A stretch of DNA of 64,000 nt from Candidatus Omnitrophota bacterium (GTDB lineage: Bacteria > Omnitrophota > Gorgyraeia > Zapsychrales > Zapsychraceae), in the NCBI GenBank assembly GCA_029261055.1, contig JAJDCA010000051.1:9082-73081 (forward strand), written 5' to 3'. Below, one piece after another: positions 9,383 to 22,200 of the stretch. A program made the position numbers and the translations under genes. Numbering within the stretch: position 1 is the stretch's first letter; each line of letters begins with the position of its first letter. The notes beneath the pieces were generated by a model that was given only the letters and a program-made list of their open reading frames with translations, was not told the origin of the DNA and did no database searches.

Positions 9383-10966
9383 TTATTCCCTTTTTTTAAC
9401 CTTAATCATTAATCCTTGCACACTCACAACTTCAACTTCTTCACCTTTTTTAATATCCTGATCACTGCACGCCGTCCATAACTCACCATGCACATACACC
9501 TTCCCTTTTTGAGAAGGACTAATCATTTTTTGTACTTCTCCAATTTCACCAACTAAACCTTCTTTGCCACCTAATATGCGCGAACGATGCGAACGAATCA
9601 CTGACCGCACCAAAAACAAAGTAAGCCCCGCCGTTGTCAATGAAAAAGCAAAAATAGAAGATTTTGAAACTCGCATAATCGGATCTACCGTGTCAAAAAG
9701 AAGCATAGAACCTAAAATCAGACACACCAATCCCCCTAATGTTAACATACCAAACGTCGGGGTGTACGCCTCGGCAATGAGTAAAATAAGTCCTAATATG
9801 ATTAAAGCTAAACCGGCGTAATTCGTTGGCAAGGTCTGCATACTGTAAAAGGCTAAAATTAAAAATATGGCGCCCAAAATACCAGGCACACCGATACCAG
9901 GATGTGTGACTTCAAATAACAATCCATAAAATCCAAGAATCATCAAAAAGTACGCAATATTGGGGTTGGCCAAAATATTAAAAAATTTCTGGCTGAAATC
10001 CATGGCGATGTGTTCAACATAAGATTTTTTTGTTTCTAAAGTAATATCTTGCCCATTAATATTAATCACTCGCCCATCAAGCTTTTCCAATAAATCATTT
10101 TCATTCTTCGCAATAATTTCGATGACACCCTTCTCTAAAGCCTCATCATTAGTAATGGAATCGCTTTTGACCACACTTTGTACCGCCCACTCAACATTAC
10201 GCCCTCGCTCTTTCGCAATACTCTTAATAAAGGCTACAGTGTCATTTAAAATTTTGCTTTCCATCGGCGACGCATCAGGTTCAATCTCTTCGACCCCCTG
10301 AACATCCCCCTCTTCCTTCTCTGCCTCTTGATTCTCTACTTCTTGCCTCTCCACTTCTTGACTCTCTGCTTCTTGATTCTCAGTCTCTTCCCCCTCAACT
10401 CGCCCTTTTCTCAATTCATCAATCAACTCCTTCAACTCATCCCAGCGTTCAAGCTTTCGCCGCGGTGCTTGCCCAGGCCCCATCTGTACAGGATGTGCGG
10501 CTCCGATATTAGTCGACGGCGCCATGGCCGCGAGATGACTAGCATAAGTAATAAACACTCCAGCTGAACCGGCCCGCGATCCGCCTGGGGCAATGTACAC
10601 CACAATCGGCACTTTCGACGTGAGCATCTTTTTAACAATCAGTCGCGTTGAATTCAAAAGTCCGCCAGGTGTATCTAATTTAATAATTAAACATTGAGCA
10701 TTTTCTTCGACAGCCCGATCGATTGATCCCACAATGTAATCCGCTGTTACCGGATTAATCGTATCGTCGTTGAGTTGGATAATGTGGACTTTATTGGAAG
10801 GTGAAGCTTTTACTGGATTGAGATTAGCTGAGAACATCCATAAAAAAAAACCTAAAACAAAAATAAATATAAAAAACAAAGGGGTAACCCTTGCGGTTGC
10901 CCGGTTAAAACTTTGTTTGAGGACAGACCCAAGGCCAGCCCCCACAGTATTTCTTTTCTGATCCAT
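9383..10966 (-). CDS. nfeD: NfeD membrane-bound serine protease (ClpP class)
   Basis: LDTPGG, RAGSAGVFI, MAPSTNIGAAHPV, TM block, C-terminal GKVYVHGELW; paired with slipin. Confidence 0.92.
   Translation of the reverse strand: MDQKRNTVGAGLGSVLKQSFNRATARVTPLFFIFIFVLGFFLWMFSANLNPVKASPSNKVHIIQLNDDTINPVTADYIVGSIDRAVEENAQCLIIKLDTPGGLLNSTRLIVKKMLTSKVPIVVYIAPGGSRAGSAGVFITYASHLAAMAPSTNIGAAHPVQMGPGQAPRRKLERWDELKELIDELRKGRVEGEETENQEAESQEVERQEVENQEAEKEEGDVQGVEEIEPDASPMESKILNDTVAFIKSIAKERGRNVEWAVQSVVKSDSITNDEALEKGVIEIIAKNENDLLEKLDGRVININGQDITLETKKSYVEHIAMDFSQKFFNILANPNIAYFLMILGFYGLLFEVTHPGIGVPGILGAIFLILAFYSMQTLPTNYAGLALIILGLILLIAEAYTPTFGMLTLGGLVCLILGSMLLFDTVDPIMRVSKSSIFAFSLTTAGLTLFLVRSVIRSHRSRILGGKEGLVGEIGEVQKMISPSQKGKVYVHGELWTACSDQDIKKGEEVEVVSVQGLMIKVKKRE
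10318..10390 (-). repeat. in-frame 15-bp tandem repeat (ENQEA/ESQEV/ERQEV/ENQEA) inside nfeD
   Basis: 10339-10374 matches intergenic 49923-49958 at 34/36 nt. Confidence 0.8.
10880..10945. repeat. degenerate REP doublet within the 5' end of nfeD
   Basis: GGGGTAACCCTTGCGGTTGCCC...GGACAGACCCAAGGCCAGCCCCCAC, homologous to the doublet at 27834-27892; translates as TVGAGLGSVL..RATARVTPL. Confidence 0.7.
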
Positions 10967-10979
10967 GTTTGGATAATTC

Positions 10980-12431
10980 TTAATTATTCTGTAAATAATG
11001 CGTCAGCAATCTTACACTGGAACCTGTAGCACCGTGGGCGAAGTACATGCGACTAGTGCCTTCGACAAAGGCCGTACCGGCGATATCGAGATGCACCCAT
11101 TTGGTACCCTCTGTAAATTGGCGTAGAAATTCTGCGGCTGTAATTGTTCCTCCAGCTCCCTTGGGAGAACCCAAATTGCAAATGTCAGCTATTTTTGATT
11201 TAACAGAATCTTTGAGCTCCGGATAAATAGGAAGACGCCAAGCGCGATCATCGGTGGTTTCAGCACTTTTGAGGATTTGTGCGGCAAAGGCATCATCATT
11301 GCTGACTAAGCCCGTGTAATCTAATCCCAAAGCCACAATACAGGCTCCTGTCAGCGTCGCGATATCAACCAAATGTGACGGCTTATAATTTTTTACTACA
11401 TACGAAATGGCGTCGGCCAAAACTAAACGCCCTTCGGCGTCTGTATTAGCAATCTCAACCGTTTTCCCGGCATAACCACGAATCACATCACCCGGCTTGT
11501 AGGCTTTAGACCCAATGGCATTTTCAGCCAAACCACATACAAAAAGAATGTTCTTTTTTAATTTCAGATTAATCACGTTTTTTAAAATGCCAACCACGGA
11601 TGCGGCGCCACTCATATCCATGCGCATCGCCTCAATATGTCCGGACGGTTTCAAATTAATCCCGCCGGTATCAAACGTAACCCCTTTTCCAACAAGGGCC
11701 GTGTAATTGTCTTTTGTCGAAGCGCCGTTGTATTTAACAATAATCAACTTCGGTGGTTTATTGCTCCCTTGATTCACGGCCAAATGTAACCCTAAACCCT
11801 TGGCTTTCATTTCCTTTTCATTCAACACTTCCAAAGAAATATTTTTCTTTCCCTTAATTAAACCACGTACCACCTTCCCAACATGGACAGACGTCACCGT
11901 GTCGGCATTATCATTAATCAAATCCCGCGTTAAATTTGCACCTAAACAGACCTTAATTGCATCCTCATAAATTTTCTTTTTGGAAGCAATAATAACGACT
12001 TGTTTATCATCAACAGATTTATCATTTTTATCTTTTGTATGATATTTTTTCCAAGTGTAGGTCCCTATCAACACGGCTTCAATAACAGCCTGTATGACAT
12101 TGTCTTTTTGTTCGTGAACAATCAGTTCCAGACTTTTTATCTCCCGAAGGTAAGGAGACAACAGTGCCCTGCGAACAGATATGCGTAAAGCGGTTAATGA
12201 CAAAGATTTCTTTTGGCCAACACCCACGCAAAGAACAACCTGATTATTTACGACAACCGGAAACAGCTGTCCATCTTTGCCGGAAAACTGTTTGGAATTA
12301 ATAATAGAATTTAATTCTTTTTTTAGTGAAGCATTGGAGAATGAAAAACTTTTTTGTTTCACCTGTTCTTCATCACATAAAACGATGGTCGCCTGCTTAT
12401 CAAACTTTGTTAAAGGACGAAATGTAATCAC
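10980..12431 (-). CDS. pepA: leucyl aminopeptidase (M17)
   Basis: VGKGVTFDTGG, MDMSGAA, NTDAEGRLVLAD, WVHLDIAGT. Confidence 0.95.
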   Translation of the reverse strand: MITFRPLTKFDKQATIVLCDEEQVKQKSFSFSNASLKKELNSIINSKQFSGKDGQLFPVVVNNQVVLCVGVGQKKSLSLTALRISVRRALLSPYLREIKSLELIVHEQKDNVIQAVIEAVLIGTYTWKKYHTKDKNDKSVDDKQVVIIASKKKIYEDAIKVCLGANLTRDLINDNADTVTSVHVGKVVRGLIKGKKNISLEVLNEKEMKAKGLGLHLAVNQGSNKPPKLIIVKYNGASTKDNYTALVGKGVTFDTGGINLKPSGHIEAMRMDMSGAASVVGILKNVINLKLKKNILFVCGLAENAIGSKAYKPGDVIRGYAGKTVEIANTDAEGRLVLADAISYVVKNYKPSHLVDIATLTGACIVALGLDYTGLVSNDDAFAAQILKSAETTDDRAWRLPIYPELKDSVKSKIADICNLGSPKGAGGTITAAEFLRQFTEGTKWVHLDIAGTAFVEGTSRMYFAHGATGSSVRLLTHYLQNN

Positions 12432-12443
12432 GTTATCTCCTTT

Positions 12444-13733
12444 TTATCGCCCTTCCATAGGGACATAATCTCTTTCGGTATGACCTGTATAAATTTGACG
12501 CGGGCGGCCAATTTTTGAGGCAGGGTTTTCACGCATTTCTTTCCAATGGGCTATCCATCCCGGCATACGGCCGATAGCAAACATGACAGGAAACATCACC
12601 GTCGGAATACCGATGGCTTTGTAAATCAAACCACTGTAAAAATCAACATTCGGATACAACTTACGTTCCGCAAAATAATCATCTTTAAGAACCGCTTCTT
12701 CTAACTTAACGGCAATATCTAAAAGCGGATCATGAATACCCATTTTATCAAATAGATCATGGGCCTTCTGTTTAATAATCGTAGCACGTGGGTCAAAATT
12801 CTTGTAAACCCGATGCCCAAATCCCATCAACCGGTAATGGTCATCCGGGTCTTTGGCCTTATCGATAAATTTTTGAATATTCCCACCGTCGACTTGAATT
12901 TGCTCGAGCATCTCCACAACTTTTTGATTAGCGCCGCCATGCAACGGCCCCCATAGGGCACACACACCAGCAGAAATTGATGCAAATAAATTGGCCCAGG
13001 AACTCCCGACCAAACGTACCGTTGAAGTACTACAATTTTGCTCATGATCCGCGTGCAAAATAAGAAGTGCCCGTAAAGCACTCACAACGGTCTCGTCGAT
13101 CTTGTATTCTTTTTCTTTCGTCGAAAACATCATATTTAAAAAATTAGAAATATATCTTAAATCATCTCGAGGTGGAATAAAAGATTCGCCGATAGATGTT
13201 TTGTAGGTGTAAGCAGAAATCGTGCGCACTTTGGATAAAAGCTGTGCAGATGTGAATTTGACTTCTTCTTCGCTGGGCTCCGGCTTAAGCAATTCCGGAT
13301 AATAACCGGCGAGTGAACAAACCATGGCCGATAATAATGCCATAGGATGTCCTGCGGTTGGATAGCCCTCAAAAAAACCAAGCATATCCGGATGAAGCGG
13401 CGCTTGTTTCGTAAACGAAAGGGCAAATTTATCTAATTCATCTTGATGGGGAAGCTCACCATAAATAAGCAAATAAGATGCTTCGACAAAAGAAGATTTC
13501 TCAGCAATTTGCTCAATCGGAATACCACGATAACGTAAAATACCTTTTTCACCATCTAAAAATGTAATGCCGCTCGTGCAGGATCCGGTATTTCCAAAAC
13601 CATTGTCTAATGTAATGTACGACGTCTGCCCGCGCAGTTTGGAAATATCAATACCTTTTTCATTCTCTGTTCCTGTGATCACAGGAAATTCATGCGTTTG
13701 CCCTTCAATAATCATTTTTACTTTTTCGTCCAC
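12444..13733 (-). CDS. gltA: citrate synthase
   Basis: ILHADHEQNCSTS, GPLHGGAN, LMGFGHRVYK, LYPNVDFYSG. Confidence 0.97.
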   Translation of the reverse strand: MDEKVKMIIEGQTHEFPVITGTENEKGIDISKLRGQTSYITLDNGFGNTGSCTSGITFLDGEKGILRYRGIPIEQIAEKSSFVEASYLLIYGELPHQDELDKFALSFTKQAPLHPDMLGFFEGYPTAGHPMALLSAMVCSLAGYYPELLKPEPSEEEVKFTSAQLLSKVRTISAYTYKTSIGESFIPPRDDLRYISNFLNMMFSTKEKEYKIDETVVSALRALLILHADHEQNCSTSTVRLVGSSWANLFASISAGVCALWGPLHGGANQKVVEMLEQIQVDGGNIQKFIDKAKDPDDHYRLMGFGHRVYKNFDPRATIIKQKAHDLFDKMGIHDPLLDIAVKLEEAVLKDDYFAERKLYPNVDFYSGLIYKAIGIPTVMFPVMFAIGRMPGWIAHWKEMRENPASKIGRPRQIYTGHTERDYVPMEGR

Positions 13734-13839
13734 AAAGCCCTCCAGGGTTCAATTAGGGATTAATATTAATTAAAATTGAAAATGTGCGGTTATTATATTA
13801 TGAAGAAGCCGTATTGCAAAGGCTTTTCTGGCTCTAAAG

Positions 13840-15069
13840 TTATTTCCGAATCGCTTCAATTCGTTTGAGAACCGGAGGATGGCTGTAACTGAGGAAGACT
13901 TTGAGGGGGTGTGGCGTGAGGTTGGATAGATTATCTACGCTTAACTTTTTAAGCGCTGTGATCATTTCTTTGGGTTTTTTGTAAGTGGTTACAGCAAAGG
14001 CATCAGCCTCGTATTCATGTTTTCGGGAGAGTACATTGCCAAAAATGGATAGTAGCATACTTATCGGAGAATATAAAAAACCAAAAAAGAATAAACTGGC
14101 ATAAATGGATGTTTGTTCCATTTTAAAAGCTGCAAACAAAGCCTCATTATGGAGAAAAAATGACAGTAGAAAAAACATCAAGCCTGTTGTCAAAACAGAT
14201 AAAAACATACCTTTAACGATATGCTTCTTTTTGTAATGCCCAATTTCATGCGCAAGAACAGAAACCAATTCATCCGTTGTATGTTTTTCAATCAATGTAT
14301 CAAACAAAGCAATACGTCGGAAGCGGCCAAATCCTGTAAAAAAGGCATTCGACTTGGTCGAACGTCGTGAGCCATCCATCGTGAAGACACCCTGTAATTG
14401 AAAATTCTGTTCCTTCGCATAAGCTTCAATTTTATCCTTCAACTCTCCATCTTCTAACGGTGTAAATTTATTAAACAATGGCAAAATGACCACCGGGGCA
14501 ATAAATGTTAGAAACAACTGAATACCTGTCAGCCCCAGCCAACAGTACAACCAGGCCCACGGCCCTGCGACAGCAAAGAACCACAACACCGCCAAAAAAA
14601 TAGGTACTCCAATAACACCCCCCAATAATAATCCTTTCACCATATCCAAAATAAATGTTTTCGGGGTTGTTTTATTAAATCCATATTTTTCCTCGATAAC
14701 AAAGGTGCTGTAAATAGAAAAAGGTAATCCTAAAATCTGGCTTGCCAACAGAAAAATACCGGCAAAAATCAAACCCGTCACATACGGACCATAATGAAAT
14801 CCTCTGGCTAACTGGTCCGCCCAATTAAATCCACCTAATAAAATAACCAATAAAATAAAACCCAAACCAAGCGTTTCCTCGATGAGTTTAAATGATGTCG
14901 TTTCCCGAAGATAATTTTGTGACCGTTTGTATTTCGCCGTATCATAATATTCATGAAACTCTTTAGGCAAGTCACTCGAAAGATGTTTCAAATTCAGCTG
15001 CTCAACAATAAGGCCCAGCACATATTCGCCGATTAAAATACATAAAATAATAATCAAGTAAGTATTCAT
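13840..15069 (-). CDS. M48 family metallopeptidase (STE24-like)
   Basis: NAFFTG, LAHEIGH, EYEADAFA, YSHPP; start ATG 15069 forms an ATGA overlap with the stop of the upstream remnant. Confidence 0.92.
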   Translation of the reverse strand: MNTYLIIILCILIGEYVLGLIVEQLNLKHLSSDLPKEFHEYYDTAKYKRSQNYLRETTSFKLIEETLGLGFILLVILLGGFNWADQLARGFHYGPYVTGLIFAGIFLLASQILGLPFSIYSTFVIEEKYGFNKTTPKTFILDMVKGLLLGGVIGVPIFLAVLWFFAVAGPWAWLYCWLGLTGIQLFLTFIAPVVILPLFNKFTPLEDGELKDKIEAYAKEQNFQLQGVFTMDGSRRSTKSNAFFTGFGRFRRIALFDTLIEKHTTDELVSVLAHEIGHYKKKHIVKGMFLSVLTTGLMFFLLSFFLHNEALFAAFKMEQTSIYASLFFFGFLYSPISMLLSIFGNVLSRKHEYEADAFAVTTYKKPKEMITALKKLSVDNLSNLTPHPLKVFLSYSHPPVLKRIEAIRK

Positions 15070-15311
15070 GTTAAACATTTCACAATACGGTTTATATCCC
15101 GATCTTTCAAAGAAAGATAAATAGGGATAGAAAGAGCCTCCTGGGTAAGCCTTGCTGAAACAGAACATCCCTTCTGTTTCAAATAATAATGCAGCGGTTT
15201 GTAAACTGGATCTGCCGCTGTAATACTCTGCTGTTTTAATTGACGCATCAATTGTGCTTTTCGTTGACTCTTAATAACATAACGAAAATAAATATGCTCC
15301 CGACCTGATTT
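15066..15311 (-). pseudogene. C-terminal remnant of a DegT/DnrJ/EryC1/StrS aminotransferase
   Basis: Frame reads KSGREHIYFRYVIK..LKQQSI..PVYKPLH..EALSIPIYLSL..INRIV*; an in-frame TAA lies just upstream and there is no N-terminal PLP domain. Confidence 0.65.
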
Positions 15312-15392
15312 TTATTTATCAATATAAAATTATATTATAGAAAAATTTATTCTGCGCGGAAAGTTCTTTATCAAAAATAATATACCCAAGTG

Positions 15393-17049
<1,657 letters not shown>

Positions 17050-17050
17050 G

Positions 17051-17148
17051 GATCATTTAAGCCTAGCTAACGCTCGGCAATTAAAATGATCAGGTTTCAG
17101 TGATCAGCAATCTGTTTTTTTAACCACAGATCACTGACCACTGACCAA
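17051..17148. repeat. two stem-loops after groEL (second built from CTGAYCA 7-mers); possible terminator
   Basis: GATCATTT..AAAATGATC; CAGTGATC..GATCACTGACCACTGACC. Confidence 0.45.
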
Positions 17149-17160
17149 TTACAACGATAC

Positions 17161-18858
<1,698 letters not shown>

Positions 18859-18878
18859 TTACCACTATCATTTAATGC

Positions 18879-19169
18879 TTATTTAACAATCGCGAGAATA
18901 TCATCTTCTCTCATAATAAGAAGATCTTCACCTTCTTTAGAAGCAATCTCTGTCCCGCTGTATTTACCATAAAGTACACGGTCACCAGATTTTACTTCCA
19001 TTTCCTGAATACTACCGCTGTCTAATTTCTTTCCTTCTCCAACAGCAACAATTTTACCTTCTTGTGGCTTTTCTTTCGCTGTATCTGGAAGAACGATACC
19101 ACCCTTCGTCTTTTCTTCAGCATCTAAAGGTTTGACGATAACCCTGTCTGCTAATGGTTTAATGTTCAC
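18879..19169 (-). CDS. groS: co-chaperonin GroES
   Basis: [21 protein letters not shown]; start set at GTG 19169, which has an AGGAGG SD. Confidence 0.97.
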   Translation of the reverse strand: MNIKPLADRVIVKPLDAEEKTKGGIVLPDTAKEKPQEGKIVAVGEGKKLDSGSIQEMEVKSGDRVLYGKYSGTEIASKEGEDLLIMREDDILAIVK

Positions 19170-19201
19170 GGTACAACCTCCTTTTTTTGTTAAAATCAAT
19201 G

Positions 19202-19228
19202 TTAGCACTTGCCCTAATGGAGTGCTAA
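19202..19228. promoter_or_regulatory. CIRCE element (HrcA operator) upstream of groESL
   Basis: TTAGCACTT-N9-GAGTGCTAA (1 mismatch to TTAGCACTC-N9-GAGTGCTAA); TTGACA -35 at 19254-19249. Confidence 0.93.
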
Positions 19229-19264
19229 TTTAACAAAAAAAATTTTTTTGTCAAGGGAATTTTT

Positions 19265-22200
19265 TTAAATACGACTTAATTCTTTGGCTACATCTTCTTC
19301 TGAAACGCCAAGTAGCAAAGGTAGATTATGTACCGGTGTCATCTGAATAATCACCGGTGTCAGGCCGTTAATATTGAAGTTGAGGTTCTCTAATTCACTC
19401 TCACTGCAGTCTGGATTTTCATCAGAAAAACAAGGGACGAGGATATTAGGAAAATCAAAATCAATCTTATCGCCATTTGTTTGAAGATCAAAATTGCCAG
19501 GATTAAAATCAATCCCACCAAGATTGTTATCCTGACCTAACAAACTTTTATCGTGTAACACTTCCTCGACCATCTGCTTTATCTCTTCCATTAACAGACC
19601 TTTTACTTCCTCATCATTAATACCTCCCTGCATTACTTTAAGCTCATATTTTTCTATTAAGTTTTCAGAGAACACCTTTAATAAAAATTTATTTACAATA
19701 TCCACCAGAATTTCTTTATTTGAAAACTTTTTTAGATTAAATACAACAATAGACTTTTTAATCAAAATTTGAAAAATTCCAAATATTCTTTTAAAATTCT
19801 CGACACTAGCTTCATTTTCACCCATATCATCTAAAACACGTTTCATAAAACGAGATCTTTCTTTTTCAAATAAAGACGTAGAAAAAAAATTTTTATCTCC
19901 AATTTTTTGATTTACAATATTTTCCAAGAAATCATAACGTTTACCCATTCTATCTTTCAATAAAGTAAGATCACCTGTCTCATACAAAGCCATCATGAAA
20001 TCTTCACCATATTTATTAATAATCTTTTTTACAACTCGCAACTCATTTCCGTAATGTAATAACGGAGAAATTATTTTGTTTTCTATCTCCTCCTCAGATA
20101 ATTCTCTATCGTACTTCGGACTCAAGAATTCAAATGCTTCCGGATTTTTTCTAAATACCTCCTTCAGTGTTTTTTCCTGTAAATACGTAGCGAATCCTTC
20201 TCCTAAATAATTCCCCAACAAACCTGTTAAACTCAAATAATCCTTACTATGCCATTGTTCATGTATTACTGCAGCAAGAAAATCTAACGGAGTCTCTATT
20301 GATGAAATCAAACTTATTCCTTGTCTTTCTTTCCCTCCTATTATCTCAATAAATTCCCCGATAGAATCGGAATCATGAAATTCAAAAATATCATCCAGCA
20401 ATGACCCCGGCTTAATCATGAATACTAAATTTTCATCAAAATCAGGCATATTTTCTTTTACTATTTTAAATATTTTCTTTTGCTGAGAAGATAATTTTAT
20501 CTTGTTGTATTTTCTAAGAACTTTTACTCGAGATTGAAAACTATTTGCAAAGCTAAATTCTTTCCTTAAAAGCATTGCCTTTTTCACTTTTTTAAAATTT
20601 CCATGTATAATCCTTACTTTCTCCTTTTGATTATTAATTTCATCTCTTGATGTATCTAGTTCTATTAAAATATTCAAAACATTCTTTTCCTTTTGTAATT
20701 TTTCCGGACTCCATTCTTTTATATATCGATCCATATTTCTTATTATTTCTTCTCCAGAAAAATCTTCAAAATCACTATCATTACCTACGCCGATCATCAT
20801 AGCTCTATCCAAACCACTCTCGACAGAATACCCCTTATGCCCTCGCTTTTTGGATTTAAAAGAAACACCCTGAACATCATTCCGAAACCTTTTCGCTAAT
20901 AAAATAGCGGCGAGAAGTTTCATAAAATTACCAAATTCCCCTCTGGACTGATGCCCGATGGTGGAATCATTTGAAAAATTTAGTATCAAGTTTTCCCTGT
21001 TTGAACTTCTTTTGAGTACTTGCATAAAATGAGCTAATTCATGCACCAAAGTATTCGTCAGCGGATGTAAATCACGGCTCTGCGGATTAACAGTCTCAAA
21101 GGATGAAACACTGTCTGTTCTAAAATATATCGTTACCTTTCCTCTCTTCAGCTCAAATCTTCCTGATACAGGAAAATCTTCATTCAATAACTTCACATTC
21201 GTAAATCCAATCAACCCAACGGTATTTTTGACCCATTCAAAGAAGCTAACTTGTTGTTCATTAAAATATTCAGGAGAAATAACATAATCCTCTGCATCAT
21301 ATTTCGCGGCTTCCACAGATTTTTCCGCCTTTTCTTTCCGTTCTTTAAAATAAGGATCGGAAATATAATCTAATTCATTCTCATCAATACCATGCTCTGC
21401 CGCCACCCGAAGTGCTTCCTTTGGATTAACGCTCATTTGTGTCTTAATACGTCTTTTCAACAAACTGTCTCTTTTTCCATTTTCTGTATCAACATCCAAC
21501 TGCACCATAAACAGAATAAAAGATTCCTGCCATTGCTCTTTCTGCTGTCTAACCCCAATTTTCCCATCAAAGGCCTTCCCAATTTTTTTCAAATCAGATA
21601 ACGCTATCACATCAATCTGCCCTTTATTAATGTTCTTAACCACATCAAACAAATGCGTATTTCTTTCTTGATTGATCTTTAAATGAGGACTCTCTTTCTG
21701 TGTTAATCCTTTCCAATACGATGGATTCCTTCCTGTTTCCCACTCCGAATCAAAACGCTTCAGCCGGAATATTTCATCCGTGAGCGCCTTATGCGCCAAT
21801 GCCTTATAAAATTCCACCGCCACATACTTTTGAATCTTCGAAAGATAATCCTTTTCATGCCGAAACGTATCCCGCGTTTCCATAAGCGGCAGAGGAATTT
21901 GAATGATCAACCCTAATTCATCAAAATAACCCCTTAAGAATTCCGGAATAAATTCCAGAAACTCCTCTTTAACCTTGATATCAGAAACCCTTATTCCATC
22001 GCGATCAATAATCTGACTTTTCACATCCGGATCATTAGTCATGTAAATACGAAATTTTCCAAAATTAGTTGTTGCGCCAGTATCCAAAGATTTTGTGATA
22101 AAATCTGTTTCCGCCAAAACCTTTTTCCCCCTCACCTCAAGCGGAACCAACGTTCTTTTTCCATCCTTGTACCGGACAAACGAAATGGTAAATCCCTCTC

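Noticed and set aside
19170-19208. GroES N-terminal extension
   Set aside because: Overlaps the SD and CIRCE; GTG 19169 is the better start.
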